Assembly: GCA_035506195.1 (NCBI GenBank)
Contig: DATJPV010000023.1
Span: forward strand, 1,050-65,049
DNA from: Patescibacteria group bacterium
GTDB taxonomy: Bacteria; Omnitrophota; Gorgyraeia; Gygaellales; Profunditerraquicolaceae
Length of the DNA stretch: 64,000 nt
Direction of reading: 5' to 3'
The position numbers were made by a program, and so were the translations under genes. Positions 12,380 through 22,356 of this stretch are shown in pieces. How positions within the stretch are numbered: the first letter of the stretch is position 1; each line of letters begins with the position of its first letter. The notes below the pieces were generated by a model. It was not told the origin of the DNA. It was given only the letters and a program-made list of their open reading frames with translations, and ran no database searches.

Positions 12380-13165
12380 TCAGCTGGATGCCAGGTATAT
12401 GAATTCCTCAAGGCTCAATTGCTCCGGGCGCACGCCGTGATCATGACGGAAGGCCCTGAAAAAATGCTCCAGTTTCTGACGGCAAACTACGCCGGCGAGG
12501 CTGTTGCGTAAAGTCTTTCTCCTCTGATTGAATGCCGCGCGGATGATTTTGAAAAGCAGGCGTTCATCGATATGGGCCTGGCCGGGATACGGACGGGGCC
12601 GTATGTGCAAGAAACAGGAATCGATCTTCGGTGCCGGCCGGAAACAGCTACGCGTAATGTAAAACATTATTTTGGGTTCGGCATGATAGCGGACAAAACA
12701 ACTTAAACTGCCGTATTCCTTGGAGCCGGCAGCAGAGCAAACCCTGCGGCCGAATTCTTTCTGGACGGTAATATAGATATCCGAGACAAGGTCGCGGTAT
12801 TGCAAAAGGTTTTCGATGATCGGCGTGCTTATGTAATACGGGATATTCCCGATGACCTTTATCTTCGTGCCTGAACCGCCGATCTCTTTTTTAAGATCGA
12901 GCTTCAAGACGTCCCGGTTGACGATTACCAGATTAGAGGCTTCTTTGCACTCCTCTTTTACGATAGCCGCTAGCGCCGGGTCGAGTTCGACGGCATAGAC
13001 TTTCGCTGCCTGGGCGGCCAGCATGCGGGTCAGCTCCCCCCTGCCCGCGCCGATCTCCACCAGCACATCAGAAGGGTGGATCTGGCAGGCAGAAACGATC
13101 TTCCTGCGGATGTTGGCGTCGATAAGAAAATTTTGGCCTAGTCTTTTTTTTGGTTTAGGGTGCAT
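12380..13165 (-). CDS. rsmA: 16S rRNA (adenine1518/1519-N6)-dimethyltransferase
   Basis: 261 aa; RLGQNFLID, SAM-binding VLEIGAGRGELT, NIPYYISTPII. 28-nt overlap with pdxA, so the start may be slightly later. Confidence 0.9.
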   Translation of the reverse strand: MHPKPKKRLGQNFLIDANIRRKIVSACQIHPSDVLVEIGAGRGELTRMLAAQAAKVYAVELDPALAAIVKEECKEASNLVIVNRDVLKLDLKKEIGGSGTKIKVIGNIPYYISTPIIENLLQYRDLVSDIYITVQKEFGRRVCSAAGSKEYGSLSCFVRYHAEPKIMFYITRSCFRPAPKIDSCFLHIRPRPYPGQAHIDERLLFKIIRAAFNQRRKTLRNSLAGVVCRQKLEHFFRAFRHDHGVRPEQLSLEEFIYLASS

Positions 13166-14121
13166 TGTATGGCGGTTTTGATTGCGGCAATTAAGGAATC
13201 CGGGCAGGCCAAGGGCCTGCCGGCGATATCGAACGCCGTGCCGTGTAACGGAGACGTCCTTACAAAAGGCAACCCCAGCGTCATGTTAACGCCTTCATGG
13301 GGCGTAGAAAGTTTCAGGGGTATAAGCGCCTGGTCGTGATACATGGCGATAACGCAATCATACTCCCCTTTCCGGGCGGCGGCAATAGCCACATCCGCAG
13401 GCTCGGGCCCGGCCAGATTGGCAATGCTGCGCTGCAGTTGTTTAACCACCGGCGCAATGACCGCACGCTCCTCCCCGCCGAGCAGGCCGTTATCGGAAGC
13501 ATGGGGATTCAAGCCGCAGACAACGATCCGGGGGGAAGGTATGCCAAACAGGCTCTTTAGCGCCTCAGCCGAAATGCGGATTACCGTGCGCACATAGTTT
13601 GCTTCGATTGCCTCCGGCACGCCTCTTATGGGGAGGTGGCGCGTTACCAGCCCGATCTTAAGATGCCGGTTGAGCAGCATCATCACATAATCTTTTACGG
13701 CAGTGCGCGCGGCAAGGTACTCGGTATGCCCCGAAAATCCCCCGTATCCCGCGCGGCTCACCGCCTCCTTCGAGATCGGGCAGGTAACCAGGCAATCCAG
13801 CTGCCCGGCGCCGAGCATCTCCAGGGCCGCATCCAGGTATTCGATAGAAGCCTTTCCATGTGCGGCCCTGATGCGGCCGAATGCGAATGTTTTCTTGCGG
13901 ACATTCGCCAGATCGATGAAATTGGCGCCGTATACGGGCTTCCTGCCGAAAGATGCCCGGTCGAAAACCCACCTGTCCCCTATAACGACAAACTGCGCCT
14001 TCCCTTTTAATGCCTCCAGCGCACGCGCAGTAATGTAGGGGCCTATCCCGGCGGGGTCTCCGATGGTAATGCCGACCCTAAGGTTAGAAGATCTTGATAT
14101 AGGCTTTCTGTTTGAGCTCAT
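13138..14121 (-). CDS. pdxA: 4-hydroxythreonine-4-phosphate dehydrogenase
   Basis: 327 aa; PdxA motifs (ITIGDPAGIGPYI, GFSGHTEYLA, CGLNPHASDNG). surA-pdxA-rsmA order as in enterobacteria. Confidence 0.9.
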   Translation of the reverse strand: MSSNRKPISRSSNLRVGITIGDPAGIGPYITARALEALKGKAQFVVIGDRWVFDRASFGRKPVYGANFIDLANVRKKTFAFGRIRAAHGKASIEYLDAALEMLGAGQLDCLVTCPISKEAVSRAGYGGFSGHTEYLAARTAVKDYVMMLLNRHLKIGLVTRHLPIRGVPEAIEANYVRTVIRISAEALKSLFGIPSPRIVVCGLNPHASDNGLLGGEERAVIAPVVKQLQRSIANLAGPEPADVAIAAARKGEYDCVIAMYHDQALIPLKLSTPHEGVNMTLGLPFVRTSPLHGTAFDIAGRPLACPDSLIAAIKTAIQCTLNQKKD

Positions 14122-14998
14122 CTACGAACGAACTTAGCTTTTCTTGCATTTTCCTGTCGAAAAGGAAGGCGTAAATGCGTTCCTGGACTTCGGGAAGGGC
14201 TTGCTGTTTTGGCGGGATAATCGCATTGACTTTGAAGATATAGTATTTCTTTTCGATTTCCACGGGCCCGGCTATTTCGTTGAGGCCCGTTTTGAAAACA
14301 ATATCCTCGATCTCTTTTTTTAGTTGTCCGCCCTTAAGCGCGCTCATTGTATTGACGCTTACGCTGTCTGATTGCACGGACCCCGAGTTTTTAAGTTTTT
14401 GAAAAGCCTCATCCGCGGCATGCGCATCTTCGGTGACCACGGTATCGAAGCGCCTCTCCTCCGGGACCGCAAATTCCGCGATGTGCTGCTGATAGAATTC
14501 GGTCACCTCGGCCGGCTTGACCGTAATGCGGTTCTTGATTTGCGAGTCGATAAAATAATACATTATCATCTGCTCTTTGATCTTTGATTCTACATCCGCG
14601 ATAGTCAGCCCCTGCTTGGTCAGGGCCTCCTGAAACTGGCCGTCCGAGGCGTAGCGGTGCTTGATCTCGTTTATCCTGCTGGTTACCCTGTTGGGATCGA
14701 GTTTCAAGTTGCTCTTCCTGGCCTCCTGAACGATGAGGCGGTCCTCGATCAGTTTCTCCAAGAGGTCCTTCTTCATCGAATCCAGCTTTGCCTCAAGCTC
14801 CCGGCCCTGGTATTCGGTTTGATATTGCATGCGCGTAAAACTGATAAAATCGTTAAGGTCCTTGACGGTAATAACATCCTTATTGACGATCGCGGCAATC
14901 TTGTCTTCGGCAAAGACAAAACTCTGCCGAGCCATCCCTCCGGATAGAAACACACACGCAACCAGGATCATCAAGCCTAAGTTTCCGTATTTTTTCAT
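14084..14998 (-). CDS. surA: periplasmic chaperone / peptidyl-prolyl isomerase, SurA-like
   Basis: 304 aa. Signal peptide, SurA N-terminal-like region and one PpiC-type rotamase region. Located upstream of pdxA. Confidence 0.7.
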   Translation of the reverse strand: MKKYGNLGLMILVACVFLSGGMARQSFVFAEDKIAAIVNKDVITVKDLNDFISFTRMQYQTEYQGRELEAKLDSMKKDLLEKLIEDRLIVQEARKSNLKLDPNRVTSRINEIKHRYASDGQFQEALTKQGLTIADVESKIKEQMIMYYFIDSQIKNRITVKPAEVTEFYQQHIAEFAVPEERRFDTVVTEDAHAADEAFQKLKNSGSVQSDSVSVNTMSALKGGQLKKEIEDIVFKTGLNEIAGPVEIEKKYYIFKVNAIIPPKQQALPEVQERIYAFLFDRKMQEKLSSFVDELKQKAYIKIF

Positions 14999-15000
14999 TT

Positions 15001-16902
15001 TTAGGATCCTTTAGTGATGCCGATCTTGTTGAAATTACTGATCGCCTCTTTCAAAAGGCGACAGTACAGGTCGAATCCGACCGCAGAAATAAAACCGTGC
15101 TGCTGGATCCCCAGGAGATTTCCCGCCCCTCTCATTTCCAGGTCCTCCATAGCGATCCTGAAACCCGAGCCCAGCGCCGAGTGCTCCTGGATGGCGCTCA
15201 AGCGCTTCCTGGCATCGCTGTCGATAGGGTCGTTCTTGGGGATCATAAAATACGCATACGCAGGACGGTCGAACCTGCCGACCCTGCCGCGTAGTTGATG
15301 CAGGTCGGAAAGGCCGAAAGTGTGGGCGTTATTCACGATGATCGTATTAGCGTTGGGCATATCGATACCGGATTCGATAATCATGGTACACAGCAGCACA
15401 TCGACCTTGCCGCTTAAGAATTCAAGCATCACCGCCTCAAGGACCCGCGCAGGCATCTGTCCGTGCGCAACCGCGATCTTAACGCCGGCAGGCAGTATCC
15501 GTAAGATCCTTTCGTGGATTTTCTCGATATTCTGGACCCGGTTGTGCAGAAAGTACACCTGCCCCTTGCGTTTCAGCTCTCGGGTGATTGCCTGGCGGAT
15601 CAAATCTTCATCATATTCTACCACAATACTTTTTATGGGCAACCTATTTTGTGGCGGGGTATTAAGGAGTGACAGGTCACGGGCGCCCATAAGGCTCATG
15701 TATAACGTACGCGGGATAGGCGTGGCAGTCAGCGTCAGTACATCCGCCATAAGCCTCATTCCTTTCAGTTTTTCTTTGGCCCTGACGCCGAATCTTTGCT
15801 CCTCATCGATGATCACCAGGCCCAGGTTCTTGAAGCTCACATCGGCCGACAAGAGCCGATGGGTGCCGATGACGATATCGACCGTACCGTTCTTAAGGCC
15901 TTCGATGATGGAATCCTGCTGGGCCTTGGTCTTGAAACGGGACAACATCTCTACCTCGACGGGAAAATCCTTCAAGCGCTGAGTAAAATTCTGGTAATGC
16001 TGTTCCGCCAGGATCGTCGTAGGCACCAGATACGCCACTTGCCTGTTGTCCATCACCGCTTTAAAGGCGGCGCGCATGGCTACTTCGGTTTTGCCGTATC
16101 CGACGTCGCCGCATAAAAGCCGGTCCATGGGCTTGGCGGATTCCATGTCGGCCTTGACCTCTTGGGTTACCTTGGATTGATCCGGCGTTTCGCTGTAAGG
16201 AAACGTTGCCTCGAATTGGGCCTGCCACGGGGTATCCTGCGCATAGGAAAAACCGGATACCGTCATGCGCATAGCCTGTAGCGATAGCAACTCCCAGGCA
16301 AGTTTTTGCACGCCCTTCTTGACGGTCTCCTTGAGCCGGCCCCACTCCTTTGAACCCAGGCGGCTAAGCCGGGGCCTGCGCGCCTGAAAGGCGACATACT
16401 TTTGCAGCAGGTGTATCTCTTCGACCGGCACATAGAGTTTTTCCTGCCGGTCGTATTCTATAACCAGGTGGTCTTTCCGGCCCAGGCTCGTCTGGAGTTT
16501 ATCCAGGCCGAGGAACCGGCCGATGCCGTGCTGGGTATGTACGACGTAGTCGCCCAGCTGCAGATCGACAAAACTGTCGATGGGGAAATCTTCCCGGAAG
16601 GTAGAGGTCTTAAGCGGGTGGCTTTCCTTAAAGGGCAGGATGATCACCATTTGATGGGACCAGAGGGCATTGCCGTCTGAAGGATCGAAGGTCTTCAGCG
16701 CGACAACCGCATCCCCGTCCAGCTCAATACGGATGGGCAGCTCAAAGGTAGAAGGAAATATGTCCAGGATACCGCCCCGGCGGGCAAAATCGCCCTCCTG
16801 GAGGACGCGCTCCTGCCTTTTATAGCCGAATGCAACGAGGATAGAGCAGGCCTCTTCAAGATCGACCGCGCCGCCTGCGTATATTTTGAGGGATTTAAAC
16901 AT
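15001..16902 (-). CDS. mfd: transcription-repair coupling factor, short form (RNAP-interacting domain plus translocase only)
   Basis: The track ORF (to 17073) runs across the upstream terminator. The true start is ATG 16902 (MFKSLKIYAGG). 633 aa with the Mfd RNAP-interaction domain LGDYVVHTQHGIGRFLGL and SF2 motifs (GDVGYGKTEVA, DEEQRFG, TATPIPRT, HQLRGRVGR). It lacks the UvrB-homology N-terminal domains D1-D2 and the C-terminal D7. Confidence 0.85.
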   Translation of the reverse strand: MFKSLKIYAGGAVDLEEACSILVAFGYKRQERVLQEGDFARRGGILDIFPSTFELPIRIELDGDAVVALKTFDPSDGNALWSHQMVIILPFKESHPLKTSTFREDFPIDSFVDLQLGDYVVHTQHGIGRFLGLDKLQTSLGRKDHLVIEYDRQEKLYVPVEEIHLLQKYVAFQARRPRLSRLGSKEWGRLKETVKKGVQKLAWELLSLQAMRMTVSGFSYAQDTPWQAQFEATFPYSETPDQSKVTQEVKADMESAKPMDRLLCGDVGYGKTEVAMRAAFKAVMDNRQVAYLVPTTILAEQHYQNFTQRLKDFPVEVEMLSRFKTKAQQDSIIEGLKNGTVDIVIGTHRLLSADVSFKNLGLVIIDEEQRFGVRAKEKLKGMRLMADVLTLTATPIPRTLYMSLMGARDLSLLNTPPQNRLPIKSIVVEYDEDLIRQAITRELKRKGQVYFLHNRVQNIEKIHERILRILPAGVKIAVAHGQMPARVLEAVMLEFLSGKVDVLLCTMIIESGIDMPNANTIIVNNAHTFGLSDLHQLRGRVGRFDRPAYAYFMIPKNDPIDSDARKRLSAIQEHSALGSGFRIAMEDLEMRGAGNLLGIQQHGFISAVGFDLYCRLLKEAISNFNKIGITKGS

Positions 16903-16916
16903 GCGGATAATAAATA

Positions 16917-16981
16917 AAACCGGGGACGTTTCTGGTTTTTCAGCAGCACGCACGAAAAACCCGAAACGTCCCCGGTTTTTT
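16917..16981 (-). terminator. intrinsic terminator-like hairpin between secDF and mfd
   Basis: 17-bp inverted repeat AAAACCGGGGACGTTTC ... GAAACGTCCCCGGTTTT with a 29-nt loop. T-rich tracts follow it on both strands (TTTTATTTATTAT on minus, TTTTTT on plus). Confidence 0.5.
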
Positions 16982-16985
16982 ACGA

Positions 16986-19202
16986 CTAGACCCGATGCGG
17001 CGTCTTCCCTGTGCCCTTGCTCCACGCCAACACCAATGGCGAGGCGATGTAGACGGTGGAATACGCACCGCAAATGAAACCGACAAAAAGCGCAAACGCG
17101 AAATTACTCAAGACCTCCCCGCCGAAGAAAAATATCGCGACAACGACGAAAAGCGTTACCCCCGTCGTCAGGATCGTCCTGGACATGCACTGGTTTACGC
17201 TTAAATTAATAAGATCATAAAGGCTCATTTTTCTCATCGACCGGGCATTCTCCCTGACGCGGTCATAGATAACAATGGTATCGTTGATCGAATAACCGGC
17301 GATGGTCAGAAAGGCCGTCACGCTCAACAGGTCTATTTCTCTGCCGGTAAGGCTCATCATACCCAGGGCTACCAGCACATCGTGGAACAAGGCGATGATG
17401 CCCGCGACGGCAAAATTCAAATGCTTGAAACGGAATCCTACATACACCAGGATCCCCGCCATCGACCAGATAATCGCCTGGATGGCTTTGCCTTTGAGGT
17501 GCTTGCCTGCGACCGGGCCCACATGTTCGATGCGCAGTATCTGGATATCCTGGCCGGGAAAGGCCTCTTTTAATTTCGCGGTAAGTACCTGGTTCCTGTC
17601 CTCCGAGGTCCTGATCAAAAGGACGCGCGGGTTATCCTTGAACTGCTGGAGGGATACGTCGCTAAGATTCAGGCCCTTTATTATCTGTCGTACGGCGTCG
17701 ATGGGCGGCGGGGTCTTGAAACTATACTCCTGAAGCTGTCCGCCGGAAAAATCGATCCCGTAGGCCTTGTGGCCCTTCATGAAGAAAGAAGTCAGCCCTA
17801 CGACGGTGATCAGTATCGACAGCGCGTAGAATATCCGCCGCTTGCTGATGTAATCCAGCTTCGGTTCTTTGATCAACCTGAACATCGGCAGCGATTTGAC
17901 GAGGTTATAATCCAGAAGGATCTCGAAGATCGTGCGCGTTACGACGATGGCGGTGAACATGCTCACCGTAAGACCGATGGTCAAGGTCACGGCAAAACCT
18001 CGGATAGGGCCGGTGCCGAACTGGAACAAAAGGAGCGCGGCGATCAAAGTAGTAAGGTTGGAATCAAGGATCGCACTGAAGGCCCGGTTATACCCGTTGG
18101 CGATGGCCGCGCGCAAGGTCTTGCCCAGAGCGACCTCTTCGCGGATACGCTCATTAATGAGGACATTGGCGTCGACTGCCATGCCCAGCGACAGCGCGAT
18201 ACCGGCGATACCGGGCAGCGTCAAGGTAGCCGAGATCCCCGGGAAAAAATGAGGCAGCATCCCTAAGACACCCAGGGTCATCAGCAGGTTAAGCATGAGC
18301 GCGATATCCGAGATAACGCCGGCCAAAAGATAATAGCACGCCATAAAAACGAGGACTATCCCGGTACCGATGATGCTGGCGCGGACACCCTTGTTGATGG
18401 AATCCTGTCCCAGGAGCGGGCCGATGGTCCGCTCTTCCTCGATGTACATCGGGGCAGGTAACGCGCCGACCCTTAACACCAACGCCAGGTCCTGCGCCTG
18501 GGGCACGTCAAAATGACCGGTAATGACCGCTTCTCCGGAAGGGATCGCTTCCTTGATACGCGGAGCGGATTGCACTTTGCCGTCAAGGACAATCGCCAGC
18601 CTCTTGCCTACGTTGGCGGCGGTTATCTCGGCGAACTTCTTGGCGCCTTCGGCATTGAATTCCAGGCCGACCACGGGCTCATTAAAACCGCCCTGGCTGA
18701 AACGTACGCTTGCGTTAACGATCTTGTCGCCGGTCAAGGCCGCCGCCTTCTCCAGCAACAGCGGCTCATGGTCCTCTTGGGAGTACTTTAGCTCATACCC
18801 CTCCGGAGGGTTGCCTTCAATGGCAAGTTTAAGCTTGTCGGCATCCGGGGATACAAGCTTGAATTCCAATAACGCGGTCTTGCCGATAAGGTCTATCGCG
18901 CGCTCTCTGTCGGTGACCCCCGGCAATTGCACGACTATCTCGTCGGCCCCCTGCTTCTGGATCGAGGCCTCCCGGACTCCGAACTCGTCAATCCGGTTAC
19001 GGATCACTTCCAGCGCCCGATCCGCAGCCTCTTCCTTTGCCTTTTCCGAAAGGTGGGCGGTATCAACTTTAAGCAACAGGTGCATCCCGCCTTGTAAGTC
19101 AAGGCCTAAGTTGATCCGCTTTTGCAAAGGGAATGAAAAGTAGCCGCAGAGCAGGCATACCCCCAGAATCGCGATTGCTTTTAAGAAAAGTTTTTTTGTC
19201 AT
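16986..19202 (-). CDS. secDF: protein translocase subunit SecDF (SecD-SecF fusion)
   Basis: 738 aa. SecD periplasmic and TM bundle followed in-frame by a SecF-like second TM bundle (two RND-like 6-TM halves). Confidence 0.88.
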   Translation of the reverse strand: MTKKLFLKAIAILGVCLLCGYFSFPLQKRINLGLDLQGGMHLLLKVDTAHLSEKAKEEAADRALEVIRNRIDEFGVREASIQKQGADEIVVQLPGVTDRERAIDLIGKTALLEFKLVSPDADKLKLAIEGNPPEGYELKYSQEDHEPLLLEKAAALTGDKIVNASVRFSQGGFNEPVVGLEFNAEGAKKFAEITAANVGKRLAIVLDGKVQSAPRIKEAIPSGEAVITGHFDVPQAQDLALVLRVGALPAPMYIEEERTIGPLLGQDSINKGVRASIIGTGIVLVFMACYYLLAGVISDIALMLNLLMTLGVLGMLPHFFPGISATLTLPGIAGIALSLGMAVDANVLINERIREEVALGKTLRAAIANGYNRAFSAILDSNLTTLIAALLLFQFGTGPIRGFAVTLTIGLTVSMFTAIVVTRTIFEILLDYNLVKSLPMFRLIKEPKLDYISKRRIFYALSILITVVGLTSFFMKGHKAYGIDFSGGQLQEYSFKTPPPIDAVRQIIKGLNLSDVSLQQFKDNPRVLLIRTSEDRNQVLTAKLKEAFPGQDIQILRIEHVGPVAGKHLKGKAIQAIIWSMAGILVYVGFRFKHLNFAVAGIIALFHDVLVALGMMSLTGREIDLLSVTAFLTIAGYSINDTIVIYDRVRENARSMRKMSLYDLINLSVNQCMSRTILTTGVTLFVVVAIFFFGGEVLSNFAFALFVGFICGAYSTVYIASPLVLAWSKGTGKTPHRV

Positions 19203-19204
19203 AG

Positions 19205-19501
19205 CTAGGCTCCCGGGTTCTCGCTCTGGGCCTTCTTGCGATAGGCGATAGCACTTTTTTCCACTTCGATCTTCACGTTTTCATCGATCCGTACGATCAA
19301 AGTCTTTTCTTTGACGTTAACGATAGTCCCGTGGATGCCTCCGGAAGTTACGACTTCGTCGTTCTTGTTGAGGTTGGAGATCATCGTCGCGTGCTCTTTC
19401 TCCTTTTGCCGTTGAGGGCGAAAGATGAGGAAATAGAAAATAATAAACACAAAAACCAGCGGTATCGCATTAACGAACCCTGCGAGTTGTTGGTTAGGCA
19501 T
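19205..19501 (-). CDS. yajC: preprotein translocase subunit YajC
   Basis: 98 aa; single TM plus IFRPQRQKEKEH...DEVVTSGGIHGTIV, typical YajC. Directly upstream of secDF. Confidence 0.88.
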   Translation of the reverse strand: MPNQQLAGFVNAIPLVFVFIIFYFLIFRPQRQKEKEHATMISNLNKNDEVVTSGGIHGTIVNVKEKTLIVRIDENVKIEVEKSAIAYRKKAQSENPGA

Positions 19502-19748
19502 GAGCCACCTCCTTCGATGCCTTTTTTATTATGTGCTTGACCGTCTCGGAGGGCTGGGCGCCTTTTTTGAGCCAAAATTCCACTCGTTCACGCTTGATCT
19601 TGGTAGCGCCTTTCAAGGGACTATAAAATCCCAGCTCTTCGATAACGCTGGAGTCGCGGCCGCTGGTCTCGTTAAAAACCGAGATACGAAAATGCGGGTC
19701 TTTTTTGGGGTTCTTGCCTATCCTTCTTAAACGTATGCGTACTGCCAT
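19494..19748 (-). CDS. rpsP: 30S ribosomal protein S16
   Basis: 84 aa; MAVRIRLRRIGKNPKKDPHFRI...GFYSPL...EFWLKKGAQPSETV matches the S16 pattern. Confidence 0.85.
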   Translation of the reverse strand: MAVRIRLRRIGKNPKKDPHFRISVFNETSGRDSSVIEELGFYSPLKGATKIKRERVEFWLKKGAQPSETVKHIIKKASKEVAHA

Positions 19749-19763
19749 TGTGTGGTTCCTCCT

Positions 19764-21254
19764 TTATTGTGTAATTGCCTCTACTAAGGCCTTGGCCTTA
19801 TTCACCGATTCGCGATGCTCCTTTGCGGGAACGGAATCCGCAACGATGCCGGCTCCCGCCTGGATGTAGGCGACGCCGTCTTTTATCGCGATGGTCCTGA
19901 TGGTGATGCACGTATCCATGTTATGCGAAAAACTGAAATACCCGACGCAGCCTGCGTATATCGAACGCCTATCCGGCTCCAACTCGTCGATGATCTCCAT
20001 GGCGCGGATCTTCGGGCTGCCGGATACGGTACCGGCAGGAAAACAGGCGCGCAGGACATCATACGCATCGTAGCGGCGCTCCAGATGCCCCCTGACTTCG
20101 CTTACCAGGTGCATTACATGCGAGTACCTTTCCACGGCCATGAATTCGCTTACTTCGACCTGGCCGGGCTTACATACCCTGCCTAAGTCATTCCTACCCA
20201 GGTCAACCAGCATAAGGTGCTCCGCCCTTTCCTTGGTGTCATGCAACAATTGCTGCTCCAGCAGGCGGTCCTCTTCTTCGCTCTTGCCCCGGGGCCTTGT
20301 GCCGGCTATGGGGCGGGTCTGGACCAGCCCGTCTTCGCAACGAACCAGCATCTCGGGAGAAGTCCCGATGAGAACTACGTCTTTAAATTGTAAAAAGAAC
20401 ATATAGGGCGAAGGATTAAGGCTGCGTACATTCCGGTAGATGTCGAACGGCTGTTTTTGCAGCTTAAGCCGGAACCGCTGCGACAGCACTACCTGGATGA
20501 TATCCCCTCTTTTTATGTAAGCCTTTGCCTTGGTGACGATAGAGGCGAAATCGGACTTGGTGAAATTCGAACTTATGCGTAAGGGCTTGGCTGCGGGCCC
20601 TTGTTTTCTTGCGTGCGCGACCGCGCTTTTGTCGAAAGCCTGCTGGATCGATTCGATCTTGGCGCAGGCCTTACGGTAGATCCGGGACTTTTGCGCCCGG
20701 GAAAGGGGCTTCTGCGTGCCCTGCGGAAGCATCGCATTTGCGACGATCTTTATGGTATGATTGACGTGGTCAAAAATCAGTATAGTGTCGGTAAGAATGA
20801 AGATCGAATCGGGCAATCCCAGGGTATCGGGATTCTTATCGGGAAGCTCTTCGAAGAACCTGACCATGTCGTAGCCGATATACCCTACAAAGCCTCCGTA
20901 AAACCGCGGCAGCCCTTTGACCGGTACCGTCTTAAACCCCTTCATGATCTTTTTTATTTCATCCAGGGGGTCGGTACCGGTGGTAAAGCGGACGGTGCGC
21001 GCCTGCGGATAACACAATTCGATATTCCGGCCCTTGCTCTTGAATACCAGCGCCGGAGCGCTGCCCAAGAATGAATACCGGGCAATCTTTTCCTGACCTT
21101 CCACGGACTCCAGCAAAAAGGCATAATCAGACTTTTTTGTTTTCAGGAATGCCGAAACCGGCGTATCCAGGTCCGCATTTATTTCCTTATATATAGGAAT
21201 AATGTTGCCTTTACGGCACAGCTGCAAAAAATCTTTCAGGCAAGGATAGCACAT
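19764..21254 (-). CDS. anthranilate/aminodeoxychorismate synthase component I (TrpE/PabB family)
   Basis: 496 aa; LLES motif and chorismate-binding C-terminal region (PYMFF, GTSPEMLV, IAGTRPRG, GAGIVADS). I cannot separate TrpE from PabB from the sequence alone. Confidence 0.8.
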   Translation of the reverse strand: MCYPCLKDFLQLCRKGNIIPIYKEINADLDTPVSAFLKTKKSDYAFLLESVEGQEKIARYSFLGSAPALVFKSKGRNIELCYPQARTVRFTTGTDPLDEIKKIMKGFKTVPVKGLPRFYGGFVGYIGYDMVRFFEELPDKNPDTLGLPDSIFILTDTILIFDHVNHTIKIVANAMLPQGTQKPLSRAQKSRIYRKACAKIESIQQAFDKSAVAHARKQGPAAKPLRISSNFTKSDFASIVTKAKAYIKRGDIIQVVLSQRFRLKLQKQPFDIYRNVRSLNPSPYMFFLQFKDVVLIGTSPEMLVRCEDGLVQTRPIAGTRPRGKSEEEDRLLEQQLLHDTKERAEHLMLVDLGRNDLGRVCKPGQVEVSEFMAVERYSHVMHLVSEVRGHLERRYDAYDVLRACFPAGTVSGSPKIRAMEIIDELEPDRRSIYAGCVGYFSFSHNMDTCITIRTIAIKDGVAYIQAGAGIVADSVPAKEHRESVNKAKALVEAITQ

Positions 21255-21262
21255 CTGTCTTC

Positions 21263-21598
21263 CTACGCGATCCTCCTATAGAAACATGAACGGCTGCCGG
21301 TGTGGCATGCGGCTCCCACTTGCCGTACCTTGATCAGCAACGCATCCATATCGCAATCGTAAGCGATGGACTTGACAAACTGATAGTGCCCGGAGGTGAG
21401 CCCTTTAACCCAGTATTCTTTCCTTGAGCGCGACCAAAAACAGGTCTTGCCGGACCGGATGGTACGCCGCAGGGATTCCGCGTTCATATACGCCACCATC
21501 AGGACATCGCGATTCTTGTAGTCCTGGATGATCGCCGGGATGAGCCCCTTGCGGTCAAACTTTAATGTGTTAATCGCAAACTTCGGTTTTTTGCTCAT
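21263..21598 (-). CDS. hisI: phosphoribosyl-AMP cyclohydrolase
   Basis: 111 aa; LIPAIIQD...MVAYMN...WSRSR...[10 protein letters not shown]...CHTGSRSCF. Monofunctional, with no HisE fused. Confidence 0.88.
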   Translation of the reverse strand: MSKKPKFAINTLKFDRKGLIPAIIQDYKNRDVLMVAYMNAESLRRTIRSGKTCFWSRSRKEYWVKGLTSGHYQFVKSIAYDCDMDALLIKVRQVGAACHTGSRSCFYRRIA

Positions 21599-22350
21599 AA
21601 TCGCACTGCAACCCCTCTCTTGGCAAGGTACTCCTTTACGTCTTGCACGGAATATTCCTGATAATGAAAAATAGAAGCAGCCAGGCCTGCGCTGGCCTGT
21701 CCATCGGTCAATACCTGGTAGAAATGCTCCACTGTCCCGGCCCCTCCCGAGGCAATCACCGGAATAGCCACGGAGGCGGCCACTGCCCTGGTAAGCGCAA
21801 GGTCATAACCGTCTTTGGTGCCGTCATAGTCCATACTGGTCAAGAGTATCTCTCCGGCACCCAGGCCTGCGGCTTGCCGGGCCCATTGCAGCGCATCCAG
21901 GCCGGTCGGGGTCCTGCCGCCGTTGATGTATACCTCCCAGGAATCCCGGTTCTTCTTCGCATCGATAGCCGCCACAATGCACTGGCTGCCGAATCGCTTT
22001 GAAGAAGAGGCGATCAGATCCGGGTCCTTTACCGCTGCGGTATTGATGGAAACCTTATCCGCCCCGGCGTTCAGCAGGTCCCGGATGTCTTCGATGCCGC
22101 GGATGCCGCCGCCCACAGTAAAGGGCATATAGATATTTACCGCGATCTCTTCAACCAGCGCAATCAGGGTTTTACGCTGCTGGAAGCTGGCGGTAATATC
22201 CAGGAATACCAGCTCATCGGCCTTCTGCCGGTCATAGGCCTTTGCGACTTCAACCGGATCCCCGGCATCCCGCAACCCTAAAAACTTGACGCCCTTTACG
22301 ACCCGGCCATCCTTAATATCCAAACACGGGATAATGCGTTTGGTAAGCAC
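21595..22350 (-). CDS. hisF: imidazole glycerol phosphate synthase cyclase subunit
   Basis: 251 aa; TIM-barrel HisF motifs ([33 protein letters not shown]). Confidence 0.92.
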   Translation of the reverse strand: MLTKRIIPCLDIKDGRVVKGVKFLGLRDAGDPVEVAKAYDRQKADELVFLDITASFQQRKTLIALVEEIAVNIYMPFTVGGGIRGIEDIRDLLNAGADKVSINTAAVKDPDLIASSSKRFGSQCIVAAIDAKKNRDSWEVYINGGRTPTGLDALQWARQAAGLGAGEILLTSMDYDGTKDGYDLALTRAVAASVAIPVIASGGAGTVEHFYQVLTDGQASAGLAASIFHYQEYSVQDVKEYLAKRGVAVRL

Positions 22351-22356
22351 GTGATA

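Noticed and set aside
16903-17073. N-terminal extension of the mfd ORF (MRCVFHRLHRLAIGVGVEQGH...)
   Set aside because: The extension runs through the secDF-mfd terminator hairpin and has no similarity to Mfd. The conserved protein begins at ATG 16902 (MFKSLKIYAGG).
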